From the NCBI RefSeq assembly GCF_006345805.1, contig NC_043011.1, forward strand, positions 21,154,464 to 21,218,463: DNA of 64,000 nucleotides, given 5' to 3'. This stretch comes from Octopus sinensis. Taxonomy: Eukaryota. Each line of letters opens with the position of its first letter. The stretch's first letter is position 1. The notes beneath the pieces are model-generated. The model was not told the DNA's origin. It did no database searches and saw nothing but the letters and a program-made list of their open reading frames with translations. Positions 52,747 to 64,000 of the stretch are shown here, piece by piece. The translations under genes and the position numbers were made by a program.

Positions 52747-53674
52747 GTAAACTAGTCACATTTACGGGAAAACATGAGAGTCATTGATGCACGAAATGAA
52801 ATCCGTGAATAGTTTCCCACGATCTTTAAATATATTTCGCCACACATGCTCATGAAGATAAGATGTAAATAAATCATCACTAGTCCCGCATTGTCACCTT
52901 AGTTTCTTAGGCGAGAATCCATCGTCCTTTTAAAGTGTCATCACTTCCGGTTCCTATCGCAATTTACTTTAATTTGTTTACTCTTTTACTCTTTTACTTG
53001 TTTCAGTCATTTGACTGCGGTCATGCTGGGGCACCGCCTTTTAATCGAGCAACTCGACCCCGGGACTTATTCTTTGTAAGCCCAGTACTTATTCTATCGG
53101 TCTCTTTTCCCGAACCGCTTAGTTACGGGGACATAAACACACCAGCATCGGTTGTCAAGCAATGCTAGGGGGACAAACACAAACATATACGCACACATAT
53201 ATATACATATATATATATACATATATACGACGGGCTTCTTTCAGTTTCCGTCTACCAAATCCACTCACAAGGCGTTGGTCGGCTCGAGGCTATAGTAGAA
53301 GACACTTGCCCAAGGCGCCACGCGGTGGGACTGAACCCGGAACCATGTGGTTGGTAAACAAGCTACTTACCACGAACAATTTAATTTCACCTCCTTACGA
53401 CTAAACTGTATGTAAACCAAAATATGCATATAATTTAGAATATACGATTCAGAAAATGAAGGACACTCACAATATTTAAGAAAGAAAATGTTAACATTCA
53501 GCCGCAGGAGTGGCTGTGTGGTAAGTAGCTTGCTTACCAACCACATGGTTCTGGGTTCATTTCCACTGCGTGGCACTTTGGGCAAGTGTCTCTTCTACTA
53601 TAGCCTCGGGCCAACCAAAGCCTTGTGAGAGGACTTGGTAGACGGAAACTGAAAGAAGCCCGTCGTATAAATGT

Positions 53675-53741
<67 letters not shown>

Positions 53742-53977
53742 AATGGATGAAAGAATTATCCTTTGTTTACCGTTAACATGAAAATTCAATAACAGTTACC
53801 AGGTAGCAAAATTTACGCAAGTAACAAGGATGTAGCGACCTATTCAAAGGTAGAAACTCCGGGTTAATGTGCAGAAATTTGAGTAGTATAAGTAAATAAA
53901 TGGAGTTGAACGCAGATGTTTTTTTAACCAATATATCTCTCTTATTTGTCTCCCACTTATTATTATGAATATATATA

Positions 53978-54025
<48 letters not shown>

Positions 54026-54392
54026 TATATAATATATATATATATATACATGTTTGTGGGTGTGTGTATGTTTGTGTGTCTGTGTTTGTCACCCCCCTCC
54101 CCCACAACATCGCTTGACAACCGATTCTGGTGTGTTTACGTCCCCGTAACTTAGCGGTTCGGCAAAAGTGACCGACAGAATAAGTACTAGGCTTCCAAAG
54201 AATAAGTCCTGGGGTCGATTTGCTCGACTAAAGGCGGTGGTCCAGCATGGTCGCAGTCAAATGACTGTAAAAGAGGAAAAGAGAATTCTTATATTCTTAA
54301 TGCAGAAGTACAGTCAGTATACAGCTAGATACAGTTTTAACCATTACAAAGTGTATATTCAAGTCTTCGTAATAATATTCTGTATAGCCTAT

Positions 54393-54443
<51 letters not shown>

Positions 54444-55200
54444 CGATGACGATGATGAGGATGTTGATGTTGATGTTGATGATGATGATGATGATGGTGG
54501 TGATGTCGACGACAACGAAGAGAATAATATTGTGTTCTTTAGATCCAGGTCATCCCTGATCAAGGAGACATATAACCAAAGGCGTTCCAACCATGAACAT
54601 CCCATCTCATTCTGTTCAGGTAAAATTGTGCCTAGTTTTTCTAGCTTTTAGAAAACTCAATTTTCAATGGGATTTATGAAAAGAGAAAAACATTAGGCTA
54701 GTTTAGTCAACCGAATGGTTGTTGTAACTACATAGAAATTTTTGAAATTTTTTTCTAGAACCTGTTATATAAATCCTTGGGATTATAGGTTAGCTGAAGC
54801 AGTAAAGATGTAAATAAAATAAATTATTTAGACGTTTTAGTTGAGATTTGTAAATACATTTCTGGTAACTAATATTTACAAAAACACTAGAAAGTTATAC
54901 CATACACAGATAGCTGCGCGCCTATTAGATTAAAATATAGAGTATTTGTCTCGTAAGTAATTAGATTTCGAAAGATAGTTAATAGATGTGATTTATTGCT
55001 AGATGCTCCTAATAATGTTGTAAGACGTATTATTAGCGAAGGTTATAATGCAAAACATTTCTGAAACAATTTAGTGTAGCCTGGATATAAACAATGATAT
55101 ATTCAGTAAGTTTGGAGTTAATTTAAGCTTACAATTAAATAGTAAATTAGAAGTTCAAGATTGATAATAATAAATCATTTGTAATATTTGGTGCACGTTT

Positions 55201-55742
55201 AAGGCGTCGAATTGTTACACGCCAGGCAAAATACTTAGCGGCATTTCATTTGCCGTTACGTTCTGAGTTCAAATTCCGCCGAGGTCGACTTTGCCTTTCA
55301 TCCTTTCGGGGTCGATGTAATCGACTTAATACCCATGTCTGTCCTTGTTTGTCCCCTCTATGTTTAGCCCCTTGTGGGTATAAAGAAATAGGTATTTCCT
55401 TTGCCGTTAAGTTCTGAGTTCAAATTCCGCCGAGGTCGACTTTGCCTTTCATCCTTTTAAGGGTCGATAAATTAAGTACCAGTTACGCACTGGGGTCGAT
55501 ATAATCGACTTAATCCGTTTGTCTGTCCTTGTTTGTCCTCTCTGTGTTTAGCCCCTTGAGGGTAGTAAAGAAATAGGCGTTCAATCCGTCTTTATGCTCT
55601 GAGTTCAAATTCCACACAGGTAGACTTTGCCTTTCATCCTTTCGCTGTTGATAAAATAAGTACCAGTTGAGCACTGAGAGAGTCGATGAAATCGAATTAC
55701 CCCTCTCCTAAAATTACTGGCTTTGTACCAAAATTTTAAAAC
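55201..55742 (+). repeat. Three-unit SINE-B array inside a single target-site duplication
   Basis: Junctions at 55391 and 55576. aatatttggtgcacg(t/a)tt repeated at 55183 and 55743. Confidence 0.85.
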
Positions 55743-55803
55743 AATATTTGGTGCACGATTAAGGCGGCGAGCTGGCAGAATCGTTAGCATGCCGGCCAAA
55801 ATG

Positions 55804-56796
55804 TTGAAGGTGGAAAGGTCAACAGAAGTAAAGTGGTGGGGATATGCGGTGCAGGTTCTGGTATATATAACCGTGCCAGACCTGTACAACATCCCGGAGG
55901 AGTTGGTGTTCCCTGATGAGACACGTCTTAGAGTCGTGGTGGAGGGGAGACCCCCAGTGTGTTACAAATGCAAAATAAGAGGCCACATGAAGGATGTGTG
56001 TCCGCTGGGAGAAGTGCAGGAGAAAACGATAGCACTGGAGGCTTTAACGAAGGAGTGGAAAGATACGTGTGTGGAGGAGGAAATCATCACTACAGATAAT
56101 GTGGAAAGTGGTGAAGAGTTAGAGAAAGAAAATAGAAAAAGAACGCGGGTGGAATCACCACCCGAAGAACAAAAAAAAAGAAGAAAAAAGCGAAAAACAA
56201 TATTACTGACGAGAGGAAAGACCGAACGTGCGAAGAGAGTGATGCCGAAGCAAAAGCAAGTGAACCAGCAAAATTAACAGCAGAGGAAGAATGGGACAGA
56301 AGAATGGAAGAGCAGTTGAAAGTTTGTAAGAGAGGAGGAAGACCCAAAGGAAAGAAACACAGAGTGATAATGTTATATTTCAAGGACAAAAATACGGAAA
56401 AGATGTTGGCAGGTAGGAAAGGTTTAATTAGAGTAAAGTTGGACCCAGAAATATATGATGACCAGTGGAAGGCGGTAATCGTGGAGAGAGAGACATTGGA
56501 GAAAATGAGAGATGATTATAGTGTATGTGAATGGTTATATGTACGTTATGACACTTTGCCAGCTATTGTGGATCAGGAGAGGTTGATAGAATGCCTGACA
56601 GATGAACGACCAGTATAGCAGAACTGTGTTTTAAATGAAGCTGCGAGTTTTGGGGGGCTCGTAAGCCGTTCCATCTAATCCATTATAAATATTCATTTCA
56701 CTTCATATTTTTCAATTTTTTTTATTATATGCACTACATGTCCTGATTGTGATGTCCCCTCTTAATTTGGGCCTTAGTGCCTATAATAAAGATAAA
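55804..56796 (+). mobile_element. ORF1-only (HAL1-like) Tx1/L1-type retroelement, 5'-truncated and fused to a SINE-B head
   Basis: VVVEGRPPVCYKCKIRGHMKDVCP zinc knuckle, charged linker, second ORF piece 56304-56618, short 3' UTR, AATAAA at 56785-56790. No RT or endonuclease follows. Confidence 0.7.
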
Positions 56797-56801
56797 CCCA
56801 A

Positions 56802-56882
56802 TCGAAAACCGGTGATTACCGTACGTTGACGAGAGGCAAAAACCTCGAAACTATAGTCCGTATGTATCACTTAGGTTTTCGA
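56802..56882 (+). ncRNA. Type I hammerhead ribozyme (U3 variant)
   Basis: Stem I tcgaaaacc/ggttttcga + ggtgat/atcact + cgtacg/cgtatg. Core TTGACGA 56826-56832. Stem II gagg-caaaaa-cctc. GAAA 56847-56850. Stem III with palindromic TATA loop. GUC cleavage triplet 56856-56858. Confidence 0.8.
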
Positions 56883-57057
56883 GAGGGGATGGCCTCCCTT
56901 TGCGATTATCAGACGGGCACAGAAAGTGTGTCTAAAGCCAGCTGGAGACGATGATCTTCTGGGACCAAAAGCTTCAGTAACATCCACCCCCAGTGGCTAG
57001 CCACATTCAGATGGCTAGTACTTTACGTTATATATTATATAGATACATATATATATA

Positions 57058-57154
<97 letters not shown>

Positions 57155-57361
57155 TACGAGATGTACTTGCATAGCAAGTGATTTGATCTGAGATCGTGTG
57201 CTGAAACGAAAACAATTGCAACGTGGAAGATGTTTGTAAGCCATTTAAGAAACACACAAAAGCCGTTCGATTCACTTCAAGATTTAAGTAATTAAATCTG
57301 TCAAGATATTTTCGTCACTTTAAGCCCCGCGTACCTATATCACTGAAAAAAATGTATATAT

Positions 57362-57393
<32 letters not shown>

Positions 57394-57402
57394 CATATTG
57401 CC

Positions 57403-57590
57403 CACCGGATACTCCAAATCACATAGGCAAGTTTGAAGATTGCCTCACAAGAATTAAAGAAATCCTCATGAATCTTGAACACCACGTGACCATATTTCTT
57501 ATGGGTGATTTCAACTTCCCCAACGTCAAATGGCCCGAAGGTCTCATACTCTCAGGAATGAATCACTGCAAGCAAGTACAGGTGGAGTCC
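57403..57590 (+). mobile_element. CR1/L2-type LINE APE endonuclease fragment
   Basis: Translates KFEDCLTRIKEILMNLEHHVTIFLMGDFNFPNVKW. Confidence 0.75.
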
Positions 57591-58289
57591 AAGTTATATC
57601 TTGATATCGCTAGTGATAACAATACTCAAAATATATAACAGACTGGAATTGTAGGCCCGTCTCTTGCAATTTCGACCAATTGGATCTTGTCCTCCCTCTT
57701 GTATAAAAGTGTACGGCTGCAGCGAAATTCGTTTTTGGACTTTCTTCTATCGAAGGCATTTTAACAAAAATGCTTCCGTAAAGACGGTGAAAATATTGTC
57801 AATTTCCCCAAACAAGGACACAATTTAATTTTTAAACAATAACCAAAAGGGGAGGGAGTTACGGTTTACAATTATTTAACAAATGCAACACAGCAACGTC
57901 TCCCTGACGAGGAACCATCAAACGTGATTACAATAGTCAAACAGTAATAATAATAACAACAAACCTTTTTAATTTATCCCCATTTATGTGAAACCACTTA
58001 TTCAAGTTCAAGTCATTGATGCATTTTTATACGAATTGCTAATACACACACACACACACATAATAAGGGTGAAAAATTGAATATTAATTTGATTAATATG
58101 AATTGAAAACCAGTGGTGTAGCATCTAAGACCATAGCGGATCTTCTTCTAGCAAAATGGATGACCACTGTTAATGGTTCATCCCTGTTATATAATACTTT
58201 CACTTTAATAGTTTCAGTATTAAAGTGAATGTCTGCATTACAATAGAGAGATGTTTTTGTTTCACTTTTAACACGTAATACTGAAATAG

Positions 58290-58490
58290 TGGGGACGATA
58301 TGATATTGATGTGGGGTCGCCCTAGGGAAAAAGTTAAAACTCCCCGGACCTTAAGTAAGGCATGTGTAAAATTTGAATGAAATTGGTTGTGTAGTTCTCA
58401 AGTTTTAGGGAAATACACAGACAGACAGACACCACACACACACACACATTCTCAGTTTTATATATAGAGAGATTAGTGTCTAGTCTTTTC
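58290..58490 (-). mobile_element. Helitron-like 5' end fragment
   Basis: Minus strand tctctatatataaaactgagaatgtgtg...ccaatttcattcaaattttacac. Confidence 0.4.
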
Positions 58491-58689
58491 AAATTTGAAA
58501 CATAGTATGTTTCTAATACTTAGATAATTGGTAATTAATTGATAGCCTCTCCTGTCATAAGCAGGAGATGGAGGTTCCGCAACTTTTCTTTGAACGAACC
58601 TGCACAGATGATTTGTGTATAGTGATCAAATGCTTGTGCCGTACACTAACTCTCCCACTCCATGAAAATAGGCATTACCTATAAAGGTA

Positions 58690-58840
58690 CACGATGTACC
58701 ACTAGTCAAATGTCGAAGTGATTTGCAAAGCAACGTGGAATGAAACGTTTTGCTCAAGAACACAATGCACCGTCTCGTCCAGGAATTGAAACTGCGATCT
58801 CGCGATCAACGCCCTAATCAAATGACCACGCACCTTCACA
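58690..58840 (-). mobile_element. Decayed tRNA-derived SINE head (C-related family)
   Basis: ttttgctcaagaacacaatgcaccg...ggaattgaaac...taatcaaatgaccacgcacc, similar to 7010-7090. Confidence 0.55.
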
Positions 58841-59702
58841 CAGACAAACAAACACACACTCACACACACACATGCAAACAAACACACACACATATAAACA
58901 CAAATATATATAAATATGTGTGTGTTTGTACGTATGTTTATTAATAATTATGTTTTGTAGGTTATATTTTTCATGTTATTGGTTTGTGTTTACGATTAAT
59001 GACTAATTACGATTAAGTTTTATTCCTTATGTTTTATTTATTAGTATCTAATTTATATAAGTTGATATCTTAGTAATTATTAATTATTTATAATTTTATT
59101 TTGTACTTTATGGTGTGTTTTAGATTTATATGTTTGTGATATGTTGTCTGGGCACAAGCATTTTGTTTGCATACTTCTAAACAGCGTAAGACTATATTTT
59201 CAAATTTTATTTTCTAAGGATGACACAGTAAGAAATAGTAATCCTGTTACTAGGTGTCGAAATCGCGTTGATACCTGAAACGTCGCTAGCGAGGGTAGTT
59301 TCCCGGTTGTGTTTAATGTGTTTCATTCTCAAGTTAACGACTGATCGTTGGAACTGTCTTGTGATTATTATACTTATCTAAAACAATACAGGTTTTTAGG
59401 CTATTTGGTTCTTTGATACAGTATGTTATAGAGATTAAATACAATTTTTCAAAGGGATTAAATACAATTTTTTTATACTTTGTTATGGAGACTAAACACA
59501 ATTTTTTAATAGGAATTAAATACAATCTTTTGATGTACTATGTTATAGAGATTAAATACAGTTTAAAACGTGTCGTTTCACCGATGGTTAATGTTTTTTT
59601 CTGAATGACTAGTTAAAAGCAATATTCAACAATGTTAGAACCGAATAACAATATTAGAAGAAAGTAATAAAATGGATTATTGTCTAAGTTATTCAATTAT
59701 AA

Positions 59703-60089
59703 TTACCTCCACCAAGGAAGGAGGCTATGTTTTCACCGGCGTTGGTTTGTCCGTCTGTCCGTCTGTGTGCAAAATAACTCAAAAAGTTGTAAACGCTATT
59801 TGATGAAACGTGCATGAAAAGTTGGTAATAACATAAAAAACAGATGCTGAAATTTTGGTAGTGATCCAGGAATTTTTATGGATTCTTGAAGGATTTTTCA
59901 TTTGTTGTATTTACTTTTACATGAAGTATTACGATGTTACGTTCTTTTGTTATCTCCCTTGAAAACACGTTCATAGTTTCCACATAACCTATGGTGGCGT
60001 TGTTGTCTCCAAAGTTTATTTTCGTTTCTCTATTAGTAATTTTACTCGCGTATCTATCTTAAAATGAGATTCTTGGCGGAGGTCTGCGG
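59703..60089 (+). mobile_element. Helentron-type non-autonomous element (HINE)
   Basis: Subterminal inverted repeats acctccaccaag / cttggcggaggt and (gtcc)n. A second, deleted copy at about 60945-61064 ends ctctccgagtgcttttctagt. Confidence 0.7.
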
Positions 60090-60570
60090 AGGATGACATG
60101 ACAAGCCTTGACTATTGGGATCGACTCAAAGAGCTCAGGCTTTGCTCCCTCCACCGCCGCTGTGAGTTTTATATCATCTGTATGAGGTGGAAAATATTCC
60201 ATCAACATTGCCCATCTTTAAAATTCGCCCGAGGCTTGGTCCCCGTGTCATCCGTCCACTACAGAAATGTTCGTGTCGTATCACAACACTATGACAGAAC
60301 TATTTCACCTCAACTGGCCCTGCTCTCTTCAACATCGTGACAGACATACATAAAGGAGGAAAGTGACTTCACGGCATTCAAACGATCACTAGATGATTAC
60401 CCCCAACAAATACCAGATAAGCCACCCACACCCAGATATGTCCCTGAAAACAATAACCCTCTGCTTGAATGGGCTACGGTTCCCCAGAGTTGACTGTGTA
60501 TCTCTTCCAGGTGGTACTATTAAATTAGACATGGCCTGAGTCAACTTTGGCCGAAACTTATCTAAGTAAT
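60090..60570 (+). mobile_element. CR1/L2-type LINE 3' end
   Basis: LDYWDRLKELRLCSLHRRCE..WKIF, GPALFNI, QIPDKPPTPRYVPENNNPLLEW. Confidence 0.8.
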
Positions 60571-62025
60571 CTACTCTATGCTGTAACCTTTTAATCAAAG
60601 CATGATAATGTGGGTAGAGGCTGATATCTTAACATTTTTGATAGTCTTAAATATAAAAAAATTATTAAAGATTTATATAGAACTACATTCAGAGTATGTC
60701 TATAAACTATTGTGTTTAGACCTGGTTTCTATCCCCAAACTATTCCGTTTTTAGATGCAACTTTTATAAATAAAGCACTCTGAAATTAGAAAAATCAAAA
60801 ATCTGCAACAATCTCGGTCCCAAGAGTATCGGATAATAGATTTTCAACTGTGTAAAGAAACTGACTGTGGTGATCGTAGTTTTGACGGTGATTGTGGTGA
60901 AAGCAGAGACAGTGTTGATGATGACGATGGTCGAGATAAGTATGAGAGGAGGTTATGGTTTTACCGGCGTTGGTTTGGGAAATTGAGCGATTTTCAGCAT
61001 GTGTGTATATGGGTGGAAATGAGCTGCTTGGCGGAGGCCTGCGCTCTCCGAGTGCTTTTCTAGTTAGCTTTATGACGCTAGTGATAAATTAGTTGTATAG
61101 TTTTATTATCAAACTCTTCAAATAAAAAGTAACGTATCATCCTCTGAAATGATGTTAGGTTCAAAGATATATTATCAGGTTTTAATTAAGATTAGTAGAT
61201 ATGCAGCAATATAATATAACAATATAATACAGCAATGTTTATATACATACATTGATACATACACATACAGAAAAATCAACGAAATTGCACATTGTAAATA
61301 AAAAAAGGCTTTTTATGACAGGTAACGACAAATATATACATTTAGATTGACTGAGGTAGTAATAAAAGTCATAAAAGTCATTATTATGAGATGATTATAA
61401 GATGATTATAAAGTCAGAAAACAAAGCGTACCATGGTCTCCGCAAAGCACTGTGTCGTCTTCATTAAATAAAACTACAAAATACCTGTAGAGATTAACAG
61501 ATTTTGAGGAGCATGATCTCAAACGGAAATTACCCTTTCAAACCCATGCGGTAAATATGGAATTAATTAGCTTTTTAAAAAATGATATTCTAAAGTCAGG
61601 ATTTGCTGTATAGAATAATTCTTTTGATTCGTGTCTTTTACAACATAATCAAGAGTTGTCCTCCTTTTCCACAAACTACTGTGATGAATTAACATCTTTT
61701 CCTATTTTATACCATATTAAAAACGTGTCGTTTCTCAGATGGCTGATGTCTTCTCTGAATGACCAATTAAAAGCATTATTCGACATTGTAGGAACCGAAT
61801 AACTACTTACTATCTAACAATAATATGTAGACACAAGACAGCAATAAAGATGGATTATTGCTTAAGTGATTACTAATTACAATTAGTTTTATAACACTAG
61901 TGATAAATTAATTGTATAGTTCTATAATCAAATATCTTCACAAAAAAAGTAAACATATCATCTCTGAAATATTATGTTCAAAGATATATTGTCAGGTTTT
62001 AATTAAGATTAGTAAATATGCAGAA

Positions 62026-62124
<99 letters not shown>

Positions 62125-62197
62125 CATACATACACAATACATACATACTACATACATACATACTACATACATACATACATATATATATACATATATA

Positions 62198-62232
<35 letters not shown>

Positions 62233-63889
62233 CGTGTGTGTGCGCGCGCGTGTGTATAAAACTATAAATAAGGGTATCTGAGAGATACTACCATGCCGAA
62301 ATAGCAGTCAAGACCCCGACTTCAAAAACCACCTTAGTTTATTTTGCTGGAAATAGTTAGAAACCATTGTCTGGGAAATAATTGAGATGGTAAACGTTTT
62401 TAATTTTCATTCCTTTCGAGAATTTATCCTTAATTGGTGGTTTGAGTTTTCTACTGCTCTTTCTAGCACAAGGCTTCCTATTTGGAAGCCTCTTGTATTT
62501 CTATGTGAATAATATATAGTCTAATGACTAATTCGTTTTTGTGCTAGGCCACTGGTAATAATTTCTTATTACCCTGTTGTTATTTATATATATATACATG
62601 TATTATATAATTTATATCTATAGTGTTAACTATTATATTACGGACGATTTTAGTAGCACACGTTTGCCATATGTGTAATATTAGGAAATATTTCATACAT
62701 ACAATGATTATAATTAAACATTTATCATATTTGTTGGTGCTTGTACGAAATAATGAAATAAATACTGATTTTTCAAATAAAAAATATTTGTTGCTTTAAA
62801 ATAAAATTAACACAAATTTATGTATTTCCAATAAATATATGTAATCATTTTCTAAATTTTATCAGCATAATCGCTATCAACTCCGTCGAAAACCTATCTC
62901 GGCAACATTTCACTAAAAGATGTGTACTTTTCGGAAAGTTATTAGAATCAAGATAGATGGTAGGGTACTATATTGGAGTTGTGTGTGTGTCTCTCTCTCT
63001 GTCTCTCTGTCTCTCTGTCTCTCTCTCTCTCCCTCTCTCTGTCCTTTCATACATACATTCACACATACGCATATATATTTATATAAATACGTGAAATAAT
63101 AATTTGCAAATTGACAATTCATTTCGAAATGTAAGCAAAAATATTACTTGAAAGTTCATGAAAAATAAATTCGAAATGAATTACCAATTTGCAATTATTT
63201 TTGTAAATATTTTTCTTTTCTATACCATATACCTTATTTTCTACGGTTTTAACTTTGCAAATTTACTACATCATGCAGTTGAGAATTGAAAACAGAAAGC
63301 TATAGTACATTTGAATACAGTTCTATATTTAATAGATGAAGAATTCTGTACATTATATTTGACAGATATTTGTCCTCACCTTGTTGGTATGCTTATGTCC
63401 TCATAACTAAGCGGTTTTCGCAAATGTGGCAAGCAGAATAAATACCAGACTTAAAAATAAATAGGACAAAATGAATAAAAGAAGTACTGGGGTCGACTCC
63501 TTCGGCTAAACGTTCTCCAAGGCGGTGCCCCAGCATGGCCACATTCTCATGCCTGCATCAAATAAAAGATAAAAGATTATATGTGTGCGTATGTGAGATA
63601 CGGGATTAAAATTGGAGGCATACGTACAATTAGTTTTACGTTTGAGTCTAAAAGATGAAAAATGATTATTGATACGTTTTTTGTATTTATCGAACATCCT
63701 GTCTATATAAAGTTACCAGCTTCAGTCACAATTGTACATTTATAAACAACATTTTGGATTAAACATCGACCTAATAACGGACAGTAGGATTTAACTATAC
63801 AATTGCAACCGGGAACGTTACTACTATTAATATTATTGATATTCCTATCATTGCTACTGCTATTACTGCTGCTGCTGCTGCTGCTGCTG

Positions 63890-63964
<75 letters not shown>

Positions 63965-64000
63965 TAATCGGTATTATCATTATTATTGCTGTTATTTATA

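Noticed and set aside
55913-55935. CTGATGA-gac-ac-gtc as a hammerhead
   Set aside because: Not followed by GAAA, and it lies within the ORF1 coding sequence.
57660-57930. Hammerhead-like fragments (cctgacgaggaaccatcaaacg; minus-strand gatccaattggtcgaaa)
   Set aside because: Each lacks half of the core and has no helix I pairing. Too degenerate to call.

Overview
AT-rich, repeat-saturated eukaryotic DNA. It is probably octopus/cephalopod, which I infer from the tRNA-derived SINE families and the extreme microsatellite load. I find no intact protein-coding gene, rRNA, true tRNA gene or CRISPR array, and most listed ORFs are microsatellite artefacts. The window holds many SINE copies of three families, mariner/Tc1/hAT/Helitron/Helentron DNA elements, and RTE, CR1/L2, Penelope and Tx1/L1-ORF1-like fragments. 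The main structure is a ~9.3 kb head-to-tail pile of R4/Dong-clade retrotransposons (RT plus restriction-like endonuclease), with one near-full-length copy, all inside one (TAA)n microsatellite. Less obvious items: (1) a well-formed type I hammerhead ribozyme at 56802-56882, just behind the poly(A) signal of an ORF1-only LINE-like element; (2) a tRNA-headed, SINE-like repeat carrying a minimal Penelope-type hammerhead (31.3 and 47.4 kb); (3) tandem SINE arrays with a fixed junction; (4) a decayed class A GPCR split by a Tc1 element; (5) a 687-bp tandem duplication of what may be a gene 5' end. Element boundaries were read by eye and are approximate. There is one 100-N gap.
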